Of a stretch of DNA of 64,000 bases, positions 40,891-54,420 are shown piece after piece (the first letter of the stretch is position 1; every line of letters starts with the position of its first letter). Source of the DNA: the human T2T-CHM13v2.0 reference genome, Homo sapiens; NCBI RefSeq assembly GCF_009914755.1, contig NC_060927.1; one strand, 5' to 3'. Position numbers and translations under genes: made by a program. Below the pieces are notes generated by a model. The model searched no databases. It had not been told where the DNA came from and was given only the letters and a program-made list of their open reading frames with translations.

Positions 40891-43800
40891 AGCACCGCCC
40901 AGAATCCCCACATTCCCCAAACCCTCCCAGCCCTCTATGCACAGCTCTGAGTATGGAGGAAGAGCTGAGCGCAGCAAGGCTGCCCAGAGCTGGAACCCCA
41001 GACACGAGCCTAGGCCCACTCACCCACCAAGGGGCTGGGCTGGACACACTTACCCCAGAGCCCCAGAAGACCCCCACCAAAGGCTGGCTGTGAGCTAGCT
41101 CATTCAGCAGAGCCCATGTCATGTTTTTAAAAAGAGTGCTGTGGGGAAAAAAGAGAAAAAAATCACTGACTGTCCCCTCCACCCAACTACTTCTTCACTA
41201 GACATCTCATCCCTGGTGAATTTCTGATAATGCCGCTGGGTGTTTACAGTTTCCAAATGAGGCAGAGGGGCTGGTTCACTGCTGCCTGGGAGTCAACACA
41301 GGAGAAAAGCTGTCATCCCCATCTCTCTCGCAATCTCTCTCTCAAGGTTTATTATAAAATACCTGTCCCCCGCCCTTCCTCTGGATGGTAAAATAGAGCA
41401 TCCTCTGCATTGAGTTTTAATCACCACTGACAACCAGCTCACTTCAAGGTCTAGAGTACACATCAGAACGATCTTACATAAAACAGGATGTTTTTTCAAT
41501 GTCCGGGTCCTGCCCACTGCAGTGCAGAAGATGGTGCCTTCCCCCGGCTTTGGCTAGAGAGCATAGGGGTATGTTAACCTGGCTGGTGATGCAAGGAGAA
41601 TCCCTTAGAGGAAGCTAGAGTGACAGGATGGGTTGATTATTTCAAACAGAGATGGTTTCATGAGACTGCATGCAAGAGTTAGAAAAGTCTTCTAGATTTT
41701 TTGGTTTGGAGGCACACCAGAAAGGAAAGGTGAGATCAGGGTACCCAGGTGGAAATCCAGGCTCTCCCCAAAACCCCAGGCTCACTGAGGCAGCCTGACA
41801 CGCTACTCCTCTCAAAGTCTTAATTGCATTGTCTGTAATTTAAGGAGTTAGACTAGATTCTCTCTAAAATTTCTTCCAGTTTAATGCCCATGAGTCCTGA
41901 TTAATTTTGATTTTGTTATGCCCCACTTCATATGATTCTTGGTGGCTCACAAAAATAAATTTGGCATAGGATTGTAAAGACTTATGCAAAGAAATTGGAT
42001 GGGAAAGAAGAGTAAAGTGAGGACACTAAAATAAAATTAGCCTCTAAGCTGCATGGTAAGGTCCTATGCACTTTGTTAAAGGTGAGCCATATTTTTGCTT
42101 CTGAGCTTCCTACCAGCCAATGCAGAGAGGAAAATGTGATCAGTTTTGAGACCAAGATAATGGTAAGAAAAGACCAGTTTTCAGGAAAGCATCAACTCTT
42201 CTTGGTTCTAGGGCCTGAGGCATTTCTCACTTAGGTCTTTAAAGTGAAGGAATGCTGGCATGTTAGAGCACATTCTCAACAGAATCTTTTCAGGGAACAC
42301 ATTAACCTCTTTATAAGGCCCCTCAACGTGGCCAGTGACATAACTGCAAAAGCAGTGTGGTGAAATCAGTTTGACCTGGACCAAAAAGCTGCGATATAGA
42401 TCTGGAGTTCTCTGGTGGTCTTTGTAAGCCGAGGGGAATAGCAGAGTAGCTAGGACAGTATTTCTCAAACCGAGGGGCTAAGGGCTCCTGGGGTTCCCCA
42501 GACATATTCTTGAGCCAGACAGTGCTGATTCGGAGCAGTTATCCTCAATCACGTTCATGTACATTTCAATAGAGGCAGAGGAAAAGAAACGGATCTGCCA
42601 AACGGCCACCTGGGCCAGTGGGCCATCTCCATCACAGTGCGAATTTAGTGTTAGTCAATATAAAGGGGCATGAGTGTGATGTGGGCATGCTCCTGCCACC
42701 TAACCCTGCGCCTCCATGCTGCCACAATCCCTGCTACTCAGTGACAACCGCAGACTCAAGACTAGCCGGCCTTGGTCTGTGTAAAGCTGCCTTTCTTAGC
42801 TCCCAATTGCCCCACAGAGTAAGGCTGAAATTCCTCTACAGGCTGTTCAGGTCTCTGTGTGATCCACACCACCTTCTCCTCTGGCTTCAACAGGGATGCT
42901 TCTCTATCCTCCCCCTCCCTCCCAATGTCAAGCCCTGACCCCTGAGTCAAACCATTGATTTGCCTTTGTGCAGACATCTTCCAACCTCTGAGTTCCCTTT
43001 GCCTCTCTCCCCTCCCAAGTTTCTCTTTTGACTTCCTCCCATCCTCCAAGGTCCAACCCAAAGACCACCAAAGTTAAGCCTTCCCCATTTTTCCAGCAGA
43101 TGAAATCTCCCTCCCTCCCAGAGCACTTGGCCAATGTCACATCCATTGACACAACTCTTATTTCTGCTGGGCATGGCTGACTCAGTGAACATGCAGGATG
43201 AAGTACAGAGAAGCCTTCAGCCCACAAGAAGAATTTGGTTTCTTGGGCTTAGACCTGTCTTCTCGGCTTGACTGGGGGCTTCTTGAGGGCAAGAGCCCCA
43301 GCTCACAAGTCCCAGCCCTCCTGCCACATTCCCACAAGTTTTGCTAATGTCTGCAGAATTCACTTGCAGTAAGGAGGGGTGTGGTGTGGCTGCATCAGGG
43401 GAGAGGATGCCTCAGACAGCCAGCAGGTGGTGGGCTTGCTGGCTGGGCGAGCTGGGGCAGGACTTCTAATCCCTTTGTCACAGCTGGGCTGGCCTGGACA
43501 GTGGCCAAGGGCAGGAGGGGGAGGGAGGTTGCCTCCCCGTAGGTGAACACCTGACACACTGTGTGCTTATTGGCATTTCTTGCTGCACCTGTTTATTTAA
43601 CCAAAGCATTCTGATCACAATGCCCATTAAACCTTGTTGACATATTTGAAATTCTGCATTCATGCAACTCAAGCGTCAGCCTTCCATCTGCCAGCTGTAT
43701 CCTATATTAATTAAAACAGTGGATGAGGTAAACCCAGTTAATCCTCTGGGGGAGAGGTGGGGTTTGTTTTTCAAAGGGATACAGTTTCAGCTTACAGGGT

Positions 43801-45169
43801 GCATTGGTTTGCTTTTCAGAGTTCCAAATGGGCATTTGTTGTGCACACACTGTGCCCAGAACCTTCTGCTAAATACAGCCTTGCCCCTGATCACTCCTGA
43901 GTACTGAGGAATGAATGTGGGTAGGTGCAGTTGTGCATGTGTACATGCGTGAGCTATACACGTGAGCGTTTTGTGTGAGCCCTTGTGTTCATGTGGGTGT
44001 GAGTACCACATCTGCATCTGATCAACACCCAGTGACATGCCACCCTCCACGAATGCACTCGGCACACCAAGTTCCATTTGTTCTTTGTTATCCTTAAAGC
44101 ACCAGGGAAGCTGTACTGCTCACATCAATCACTTGAGATTAAAAAAGAGACAGACTTTGTGTTTACTCCGAGCTCCCTGTGATGATCATTACTAGGACTT
44201 GTAATTTCCCTCCATGAGAATCTGGCAGGCTGGGAATACTTTCTTTTGATGGTTGGCAGCTAGCTCTTCATGGAAGAGCTTAGTTAATTCCTCCCAGGCA
44301 AGTTATGTGTCTCACTCTGAATGACAGTCTGGGACCACGGAAGGCAGGACCCCTGTGCACGACTCCGTGGGAGAGGTTTCACATGGGAGAGGAAATACAA
44401 GGGGAAGGAGCCTCCTGGGACTGTGCAGCACGGGGTCCCCAGTGGGAGGAGCGAGGCCTGGCAGTTGGGAGTCTGGGGTTGGGTCTGGCCGCAGGCCCAC
44501 CATGTAATCTTGCAAAATTACCTCGTCTTGGGCTCTGCTTCCTCATTTGCAAAATGAAGAGATCGGATTGCATCATTTCTTAGGTCCCTTGTGTCTACAG
44601 GCTCTAGGAGTGTGCCAAGAAATGGAGTTGATCTGCTGGTTTTGGTGGGAACCACAGCCTCCTAAAAATGTTAGAGCCGGAGGGAACCTCAGCTCAACTT
44701 CTGTGCCTAACCTCCTCATTTCCCAGAAGCAAGTGACTTGTTCAAAGCAAGTCAACGCAGAAGAAATAGAGTATGCATTCTGGGATGGAAACAGAGCCAG
44801 CCCAGGTCCCTTGGTGAGGTTTTGAATGCATTTCATTTCCAAAAGGCAACCGAGATCACTTCCCCTCCACTTAGGTCAGGACTTGGCTCAGGCCTCACTC
44901 AGCTCCTTCCCAAACCCCTATTCCCTATCTGAGCTCCCCTCGTCCCAGCACCAGGCATTCATTTGTGTGGTAGCAGCTGGAATACTCAGGGCTCCTGGTA
45001 CACATAGAGTGGTCCCCAGCCCCCGCAGCAGCACCCAGCAGCTTGTTGGAATGGCAGGACATTGGGCCCCACCCCAGAGCTTTCAATCAGATCCCCAGGT
45101 GGTCCTTCAGCTTGAGAGCTGCTGTTGCAGGACCACCTGGTCTCTCCTACTCTGTTCCACTCCCCTTCT

Positions 45170-45300
45170 CCCCAGCTAGACTGTGAGCTTTTTAAGGGTA
45201 GGTCACGCAGCTCATTCCTGTGTGCATCCCAGGGTTTGGAATGGTCCCTGGCGCAAAATAGGTGCTCATCAGGTATTGGATGAATACATGAGTGACATGA
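45170..45300 (+). mobile_element. L2 LINE 3' end
   Basis: CTAGACTGTGAGCT...CCTGGCGCAAAATAGGTGCTCA...GATGAATA. Confidence 0.75.
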
Positions 45301-45659
45301 ACCTGTGCAGGCTTCTTGAAGGCTGTGAACATAGCACCAAATCTGGAAGGGAAGACCGAGTGTTGATGGAGAGATAAAAGTGACGGTCTGCAGATAGCCT
45401 TCTCCCTGCCCTCGCTAGAGGCGGGGGGTCAGGACTAGCCTGGTTGGAAGGGATGACTGTGACACGAAAAAGCATGAGAGGAGGTAGAAGAGGAGGGAAG
45501 GGGAGGATATCAGGGAGTTGAATGATGCCACGATCAGAGTGTTTGGGACAGACCTGTGTACCCCGTTCATGTCCACCTCCCCTAATCTTACTTTCCTAAA
45601 GCAAACGTTCCCTATTTTCAGATGATTCTGAGCAAAGGCGAGGAGCACGATTGTTCAAA

Positions 45660-45870
45660 ATGAGAATCTGAGTTCAGATCCCAGTCCCATTGTGTACATG
45701 CTGTGTGATCTCGGGCAAGTGACTGACCCTCTCCCCGTGTCCGTTTCCTCATTTCTAAACTGAGGATCACAAAAGAACCTTCGAAGGGTGCCCTGAGGAT
45801 TAAATGAGATCGTATAATGCATTGCTACAGGGCCTGGCACAAGGAAAGGGTTCAATGGATGTGAAATGAT
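45660..45870 (+). mobile_element. MIR SINE
   Basis: GCTGTGTGATCTCGGGCAAGTGACT...GTTTCCTCATTT...TGAGGATTAAATGAGAT...GCCTGGCAC. Confidence 0.85.
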
Positions 45871-48289
45871 CATAAGTGAAAGAATAAAATCTGATCACTA
45901 GCTGGCTGGAGACTGTCCAGTCTGGGAGTCTGGCACCCAGCTCAGTTTGCAGGTCCTAAACCTGGGCTCCCACACCCAACGCTTTGGTTTTTCCTCCCAT
46001 TGGCCCTCTAGGCCTACTCAGAAACTCTTGTCTCCCTGAGCCCCTCAGATTCATATGTCTCAGGACGGTTGGGTGGGGGGGTTCTCTCTTGTCTCCAGAA
46101 CACTGGCATGGCTTGCCCAAGCCATAGAACCCAGTTAACCGCTCCCAGGCCCTCCCACCCAAATGCCATTGTCTTCATGTTGGCAGCTGACAGAGGTGCA
46201 GCGAATGTTTACATCCCTAGATTAGAGAAAGCCTGATAGCACCAGTCTGGGGTCTCCTGGCGGCCTCCTTGTACTGTTTAGCTGCGTCCAGGATTCTGCA
46301 GTCGGGCCACCCACCCACAGTGCAGGTGGAATACATTGTAGCCTATGTGAGTGATGCCTCCCTGGAATTGTGCAGTACACAAGCCAAGCAGATGTATGCA
46401 GGGCTCTTGTCCCCAGGCCCCACAGCCATTCGTGTCATGCTCCTTGTGAATAAGGTAAGGGCTTTAGGAACAGCTTTGCAGGTAGTGGGCACGGGCAGTT
46501 TAAAGTAGTCACAGGTCTGCTCTTTAGAAACAGTCCCTGCCATTTAAAATTCTTGAAAAAAGAATCTCAATCTCCATTCCAGCCATCTAGGAGAGGGAAG
46601 AGCTGGGGAAAGGACACAGGAGGAGAAGCTCTAAACTATGCCCTCAGTTTGTCCCTTTCTGGGGGCCCTGCCGTCTGGGCATCAGACTGCGGGCGGGTCT
46701 ACCATCAGCCAAGCGCAGGGGATGCATTCTCCGAGACGGTTCCCAGGTGGTGCTGTGAGGGCAGGTGCAGAGAAGTGAGCCCAGCACTGAAGGCATCTGC
46801 CAGCATTCATTCCAAATAACCAGACAATGTGCCCTGAGCCCCGCCAGCATTTGTGGTCTCCAAGAAAATGTTCCCTTTCCCTCCCACTCTCCCTGTCTCA
46901 AGAGGAAATTTTCCCATCTGAATGTGTGTGACAGATGAGAAGTCGAAGCTCGTTTATCCTTAATAATGTTACTGAAAAATACCAGTAATTACATAAGGAC
47001 TGCAGAAAATCACATTTAGGTAAATGAGGGGAGGGATGGTTTTTATTACGTTTCCTCAATGGATATGTAATTGTCAGCTGTAAAGGCACCTTCCTGGCTC
47101 ACAAAATGACACCAAAAGTCCTTGTGAGAAGACTGGGCATTTGTGCTCACTTGGCGCTGGTTGGGCAGCTGGAGATATTTGGGGTGAGTTACCCTCCTTG
47201 GTCCTCCCAAATTACACTGCTCCATCCTGAGTCAGCTGGAAGGAGAAGTGGGACAGGGGAGAGTTTAAGTATGCGGAACACTTCTGTGTGTCAGAACACA
47301 ACGCCCACCCACCCCATCTCAGAGGAAGCCTACCATCCTTCCAGCCCACTGCCAATGCTGCCTCCTCCAGGGGGCCTTCCTGCCAGCCCGGGCTGCGTCC
47401 TGGTCCATCTTTCCCAGGAGGAAGAGGGACCCTAATGTGGAAGAATCTGCTGTGTTCTCCTCTTCCTCCTGGGGTGGACAGCGAGACTACACTTTCCAGC
47501 CTCCCCTCGTAATAAGGTGTGGCCGGCTGACTAAGTTCTAGTCCACGGAATTTGGGGGGAGTGATGAGCACCACCTCCAAACCTGGCTCTACCGCTGACT
47601 GGCAGCCCCGGGCTCCCACCGCCCACCCACGCACTTCTAACAGGGAGCAGGGCGGACCCAGACCCTCGCTGCTGATCACAACACAGCGCGGTTTCTGCCA
47701 GCCCCAAGCATGGCAAGGACCAGTAGGGCTCCCAGGCAAAAGGCAGCCTCCCTATCTGGCCATATTGGGGCTGCCTCACCCTCTCTCATCTTTGAATCTG
47801 CCAGACACAACTGGAGTCCCCGAAATCCCTGGATGGAACATTCCAGCCCTGGAGTGGGGCCATGGGCTCATGTGCCGATGGGCTTGGGATCTGTGAGCTT
47901 GTCGTCCTACAGCGTGAGTCTTCCCCACTCTCCCCATCATTCTATTTTAAAGGCCAGTATCGTGTCTCCAGCTTCACTTACATGCCTGTTACCAAGAAGG
48001 ACTGAAAGAAGCAAAAATACACAAAGGATGGCTTGGGCAGCTGTAAATAGTTCTGACCCACATCCAACCATCAGCCACAAATCATTTGTGAAAGGATCAC
48101 AGAATCTCAGAGTCCCTTGAAAAACAAAAAAAAGAAAACTTAAAAAAGTAAAAAGGAAGTTAACTTTTACCATATCCTCATTCACCCATTTGCCTGTCTG
48201 ACATTCAGCTCTGCACTGATGACAAACACTTCATTTATGAGAAATACTTAGTTCCATGGGCTTCTCCTGCATAACACTTGACTTACACA

Positions 48290-48905
<616 letters not shown>

Positions 48906-49698
48906 AAATCATAACACATCATTATCACAGAGTTTGAAATTATTTGTTAAACGCCTGTCTCCCCTTGTAGGCGGTGTGCCCTAACAGGAGAAACGCACAT
49001 CTATCGTGTTCACAGCGAGGTCCTCAACACTTAATAAATACAATGCCTGGAACAGACTCGAAGCTCATCAGACATTTTTCAAAGGAAGGAAGGAGGAAGG
49101 CTGGGGGCAGGCAGACTTTCTTGATCCTTCAGGCATGAATGGGCTCCCTCTCCATACTCAGACTTCTGACAACCTCCACGTAGCCTATTCTTTTGTTCTT
49201 CACACATAATGTTACGTAATGCTTCATTCACTTTACAACTCTCTGTGCTTCCAAAATGTGGCCTTACCAGTTACAAAGACATGACTATCAAAAGCAAGCA
49301 GGTCTTTCCAGCCATCTGCTCGGCAGGAAGGAGGACGGCTTGATTAAGATTGCACATCCACTTCAGCTGGTGGCTTAATCAGCCCCAAACCTAAAAGAGC
49401 TTTCACAGCTCCTTCTGCTCTTCCCCAAACCCCTCCTGTGGGGTCACCTGGTGATGGTCTGGCTGGGCTCAGCTTGTGGACTAGGATATCACAGGTAAGA
49501 AGAGGTGGTCTCTTTCCACCGTCCTTGCAGAGAAAGTGCTGGTGTGTGTGGAAAGTTGGAGAAATGGGTTCCTGAAATTGATTTCCACTAAGACATTTTT
49601 AGCTGACAAGAACATGAAAATCTGCTTCTTAGGAACAGAAGCTTTTCTTATTGAATTAGAACATGAGATAATTTGTTCACTTTTCATTTTGGTTTAAA

Positions 49699-49940
49699 AA
49701 ACACCGCATGTTCTCACTCATAGGTGGGAATTGAACAATGAGAACACTTGGACACAGGAAGGGGAACATCACACACCGGGGCCTGTTGTGGGGTGGGGTG
49801 AGGGGGGAGGGATAGCATTAGGAGATATACCTAATGTTAAATGACAAGTATGGTATACATATGTAACAAACCTGCACGTTGTGCACATGTACCTTAAAAC
49901 TTAAAGTATAATAATAAAAAAAAGTGAAACAAAAAAAAAA
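49699..49940 (+). mobile_element. 5'-truncated primate L1PA (3' UTR only)
   Basis: CACCGCATGTTCTCACTCATAGGTGGGAATTGAACAATGAGAACAC...AAAACTTAAAGTATAATAATAAAA; begins at a TTT/AAAA site. Confidence 0.95.
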
Positions 49941-50693
49941 TCTGTGTTAACAAAAGAAGAAGCCATCCTGGTCTCAGCCCTGGGCTGTAGATTTTTCCCA
50001 TTCCCAGGGAGGATGGGCACCTCCTCTCGCAGGTGGCAAGGCTACTTTTAGGAAGGCTACTATTTTCTTCTAGGGTTGAGCAGACTCTGGCTTGCCTGTT
50101 GTCTCATGATAATCAAAACACAACCCACACCTGCAGGACACATTCCAGCTTCTCCAGAAGCCTTTTCACTTGCTGCTCGTTGTGTCACCAGCGTCAGGTG
50201 GTCCTTGCCCCAAGCTGGTGCATGAGATTCTTTTCCAGGGACTTCAGGGAACCTGTGCTCCAATGCCTCAGGAGAGGAGAGAGTCTGGACAGAGCCCAAG
50301 ATGAACGTCACCCTGCCAGTCCTTGTGTCTGGAGCATTTGCTCTGCTCAGGGTGGGATGCTGGCACGGAAGGGGACACAGCAGAGGACGTAGAGAAGGGC
50401 TACAGGGGCTGAAGACTGAGCTCTGTAGTAGGAGGTGGGAGGCCAGAGTACTCCTGACACCAGCTTGCTGTTCTGGTGCCAGCTCGCTATGCAGACTTAA
50501 TTTCATTAACTCTCTGAGCCTCAGATGCCTCACCTGTAATGTGCAAAAAAAAAAAAAAAATTTAAGCATCTTATTTTTCTTAACGATCGTATGTAAAAGG
50601 GTTCAATAAACTTGCAAGTATACAGCAGAAGTGGACTAAATATTACAAGTAGTCTTTTCCATCAAATTCTAATAAAGAAGGCACGTGACACAC

Positions 50694-51599
50694 TCTATCC
50701 ATTTCCTATGGCTACTGTAACAAATGACTCTAAAGTAAGTGGCTTACAACAGAAATGTCCTCTCACATTTCTGGAGGTGTAGCAGGACAAGCGGCAGACA
50801 AAACCCCTCAGACACCAAGTTAAAGAAGGAAGGGCTTTGTTTGGCCGGGAGCTTCCGCAAGACTCATGTCCCCAAAAGCCAAGCTCTCCAAGTGAGCAAT
50901 TCCTGTCCCTTTTAAGGGCTCACAACTCTAAGGGGGTCCACGTGAGAGGGTTATGATCGATTGAGCAAGCAGGGGGTACATGACTGGGGGCTGCATACAC
51001 TGGTAATCCGAACAGAATAGAACAGGACGGGATTTTCACAATGCTTTTCCATACAATATCTGGAATCTATAGATAACATAACCGGTTAGGTCAGGGGTCA
51101 ATCTTAGTAACCAGGCCGAGGGCGCGGCGCTGAGCTGTCTGCCTGTGGATTTCATTTCTGCCTTTCAGTTTTTACTTCTTCTTTCTTTAGAGGCAGAAAC
51201 TGGGCATAAGACAATATGAGAGATGGTCTCCTCCCTTAGAGGGAGAGGTCTGCAGTAAAGGTGTCTGCGGGCTGTGCTCCCTCTGAAAGCTCTAGGGATA
51301 ATTTTCCTTGCTGCTTCCCATTTCTGATGGCTGTAAGCATTTCTTGGCTTGTGGCTGCACAGCTGACTCTGTCTTTATGTAGCCTGTCTTCTCTTCTTTG
51401 TATCTTCTCCTCCTCTGCTTTTTATAAGGGCACTTTATGGAATTTACAGCCCACCTGGATAATCCAGCATGATCTCATTTTGAGATCATTAATTTAATTA
51501 CATCTTTAAAGACTCTTTTCCAAGTAAGTTCCCACTGACAGGTTCCAGGAGTTACGAGATGCACACATCTTTTGAGGGGCCATAATGTAACCTCCTACA
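50694..51599 (-). mobile_element. MLT1C/D-like LTR split by the HERV-E LTR
   Basis: TTTCCTATGGCTACTGTAACAAAT...TCTGGAGG, resuming after the insertion with GGGCTGTGCTCCCTCTGAAAGCTCTAGGG...CCCACCTGGATAATCCAG. Confidence 0.8.
50778..51238 (-). mobile_element. HERV-E (LTR2-family, ERV1) solo LTR
   Basis: Minus strand starts TAAGGGAGGAGACCA and ends GTCCTGCTACA as in LTR2; 461 bp; 4-bp TSD GAGG at 50774-50777 and 51239-51242. Confidence 0.9.
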
Positions 51600-51689
51600 C
51601 ACATACACCCCTAAACTCACACCTAGAACCACCACCTCATAGCTGAGTTGGGCTGCTGCCCAGGTGTCATCCACAAAGCATGTTTCATA

Positions 51690-51850
51690 AGCATCAGATT
51701 ATATATTCCTCAAAGAGGTCTCAGAGGTAGGGAATTATTATCCTGTTTGAAATAGGAGGAAACTGAGACCTAGAGGGTGAGTGTTGTACTCAAGATCACA
51801 CAACATCTGGGAATTAGAGCTGAGACTTCAACCAAGGCCCATGTGGCAGG
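51690..51850 (-). mobile_element. MIR SINE
   Basis: GAGGTAGGGAATTATTAT...GGAAACTGAGACCTAGAGGG...CAAGATCACACA. Confidence 0.75.
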
Positions 51851-52523
51851 AGGCACAAAACTTGTTTCTCCCTCCAGAGCAAGGGGGATGTTTTATCTGC
51901 AAGGAGAAAGAGAGGGGACTCAGCCTGCAGCTGTAGAAATCTTCATGGAGGTGCTCCTCTTCCTCTCGCATTACCTCCGCACCTCCAAGTCTGCACTCAC
52001 CTCTGCCCAGCCACCCCTGCATAGAGAAAAGGCACAGGACTGGACCTACATCAACCACCGGTCTGTTCTTCCCCGCCCTGTCTGAAGTGAGGGCTCACAC
52101 AAGGCCCCCACACGGCAGGCCACAGGTAACACTCCCTCAAAGAAGGAACCGAGGAACGAATGGTTTGTGTCAATCGCACCACTGGAGGAGGGAGTCAGGC
52201 ATCTTGTGCACTGACCCAGATAAAGGAGAATTTTCTACTCCACTGCCTTCTGATGGATGAACAGAGACAGAGGCCTCTCCCTGAAGACATTCAAGCTGAG
52301 TCCCCATGACAGCTTGGCAGGGATGCTGTCAGGGGCTCCTGCCCAGGTGACATGTGGGTCTTGAGGACATATGAAGGTTCTGGAAGCCGTAAGGTCTCCC
52401 ACCCCGTGGAAGAGGACACCAGCCACATCCAAGGCAGTGCCTTCCTGCTCCATGCGGTGACTTGTGTGGACCTCACTGACAGACACGCACGAAAGAAACC
52501 AGGCACCTGAATACACAGTTTTT

Positions 52524-52916
52524 GTGTGTTAGTTCAGGTGCTCTAAGAGGTAGACACCAAGATGGGTTTAGATGTGGAAGAGACTTCTTGGGAAAATGCC
52601 TGTGAAGGAGAAAGAGCCAGAGACAGTGAGGACAGCCCTTGGCCACAAGGCAGGCATGGCCTCTAGAGGAGGGTGGGCCGGATGGGAGAGTGGGAGGAAG
52701 TGACTCAGGGTCCCAATAGGGGGTCTTGGAGCCAAAGTCACCTGTTGGGGGAGTCCTTGTCTTGCAAAAATAGGCTCATTACATGTGCTCAGGCATTGGC
52801 TGGAGGCACCCTCAGGAAGGGGCCTCAGTGAGAACTGGGGGTAACTCCTGACTGGGCCTTCCATCAGGTATGCTCCCCTTGGCAGGGAATCTGCGCAGCA
52901 GTTTCACGGCTGTTAC
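52524..52916 (-). mobile_element. LTR16-like ERVL LTR
   Basis: TGTGTTAGTTCAGG...AGACACCAAGATGGG...AAATGCCTGTGAAGGAGAAAG. Confidence 0.6.
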
Positions 52917-52984
52917 AGGATGAGTCTATTTACAGGAAGGTCAGGGACAAGTCAACTAATAGATGACGCACTCACAAACTCAAC

Positions 52985-53170
52985 ACAGTGGTTCCCTTTG
53001 GTGAGGGGTGGTTATTGACTGGAGGAGCCTTCTATAGTGCTGGAAATGTTCTAAGTCTTGATCTGGGCGGTGGCTCCATGGGTGTACACACATGTAAAGG
53101 TTCATCAAGGTGTACACTTAGGATTTGCTCACTTTACTGGACTTATGGATATTCAATACAAATTGTAAAA
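52985..53170 (+). mobile_element. Old L1M 3' end
   Basis: GTGCTGGAAATGTTCTAAGTCTTGATCTGGGCGGTGG...TGTACACTTAGGATTTG. Confidence 0.75.
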
Positions 53171-54379
53171 GCAATGCCTTTACCAGCTCCTTTCTTTCCC
53201 CAGGCCACCTACAGTCGTATATCTGAGAACATTCCTTCAATCGGTAGAAGGGCTTTTTGGAGGTGCTAAATATAATTTTAGGGACTTTAATTCAGTGTAG
53301 AGTCAGGCAGAAGGGGACCAGAAGTGAGAAAGTACAGCTTTGTGGCTCACTCTCAGATGAGCTGAGGCCCTTTGGGCAGCTGAGGGGAGAGAGAAGGTGT
53401 GGGGGGCCGGAAGGGTGCCCAGCAGGTTGAAGCAGGGAAATGCTGGGTGACAGTGACTCACAGGGTGGCCAAGGACAGGAGGGAGAAACAACATCCTGGG
53501 ACAGTCTGCAGTAGGTGGCCCAGCCCAGCTGCCTGCTCCCTGCCCCCAGGTCCCAGAACCAGCCCTTCTGGATGGGTGCCTCTGTCTCCACCCTGGGGCA
53601 CAGCAGGCAGCTGCTGGCCGTGGCCACCGGCACTTCCTCTGGACTCCTCACCGTCCTGATGCTTGGCTGGTTCTCCTAGATCACTATTTCTGTTCCAGAG
53701 GACGGGAAACACTATGAGGCCTCCATCTGGCCATAAGGAGCCCTGGCATGAGCCTCTCCCCATCAGCTTAGGAGAGTAAACAAGGGCATTGGTGCAGGGT
53801 ACCACACAAGAGCCAGACTCCCCACAGCACAGAGAATGACCTGGGGAAGGTGAATCACCTGCTTCACAGGCTGAACAAAACAGTCTCCTCTCTACATGCA
53901 AGGGGATCTAGTGGCATTCTCAAATGGCCATCCCAGAGGGTCCCCAGCCCCTACACTCGTGATTGTCAGTCCTTTATTTAGCAAACACTCACCGAGGCCC
54001 TGCTATGTGCAACAACACAGGATGGAGCCAACACAGGCCCTACTGCAGAGCTCAGACATTCAGCACGCACCCTCACACCCGGACTTACTTGGGGCAACAT
54101 GAAGGTGCATAAGGCAATCTGTCTCCCCCCTCAAGCAGCTTGCAGTCTGGGCAGGACCAGACACTTGCCTTTAACACAAGGTGGGCAGTGGGAGAGGATG
54201 GAGGAGGGGGCAGCTGAAGTCTGGTGGAGTTCTGAGGAGGGAGAGATGGAGCCAAGGAAGAGCTTCAGGCTCAAAGGGGATCAGGGCAGAATTGGGCAGC
54301 CAGAAAAGTGAGACTGACCTCAGTGTTCTTGGAGATACTGTTTTGGGGAAAGGCTGAACAATTCAGTCCTGTCTTCTCA

Positions 54380-54420
54380 TCAATTACATTGTTTTCAATT
54401 ACATTGTTTTCAATTACATT
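54380..54420. repeat. 15-bp tandem repeat, ~2.7 copies
   Basis: TCAATTACATTGTTT x2 plus TCAATTACATT. Confidence 0.95.
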
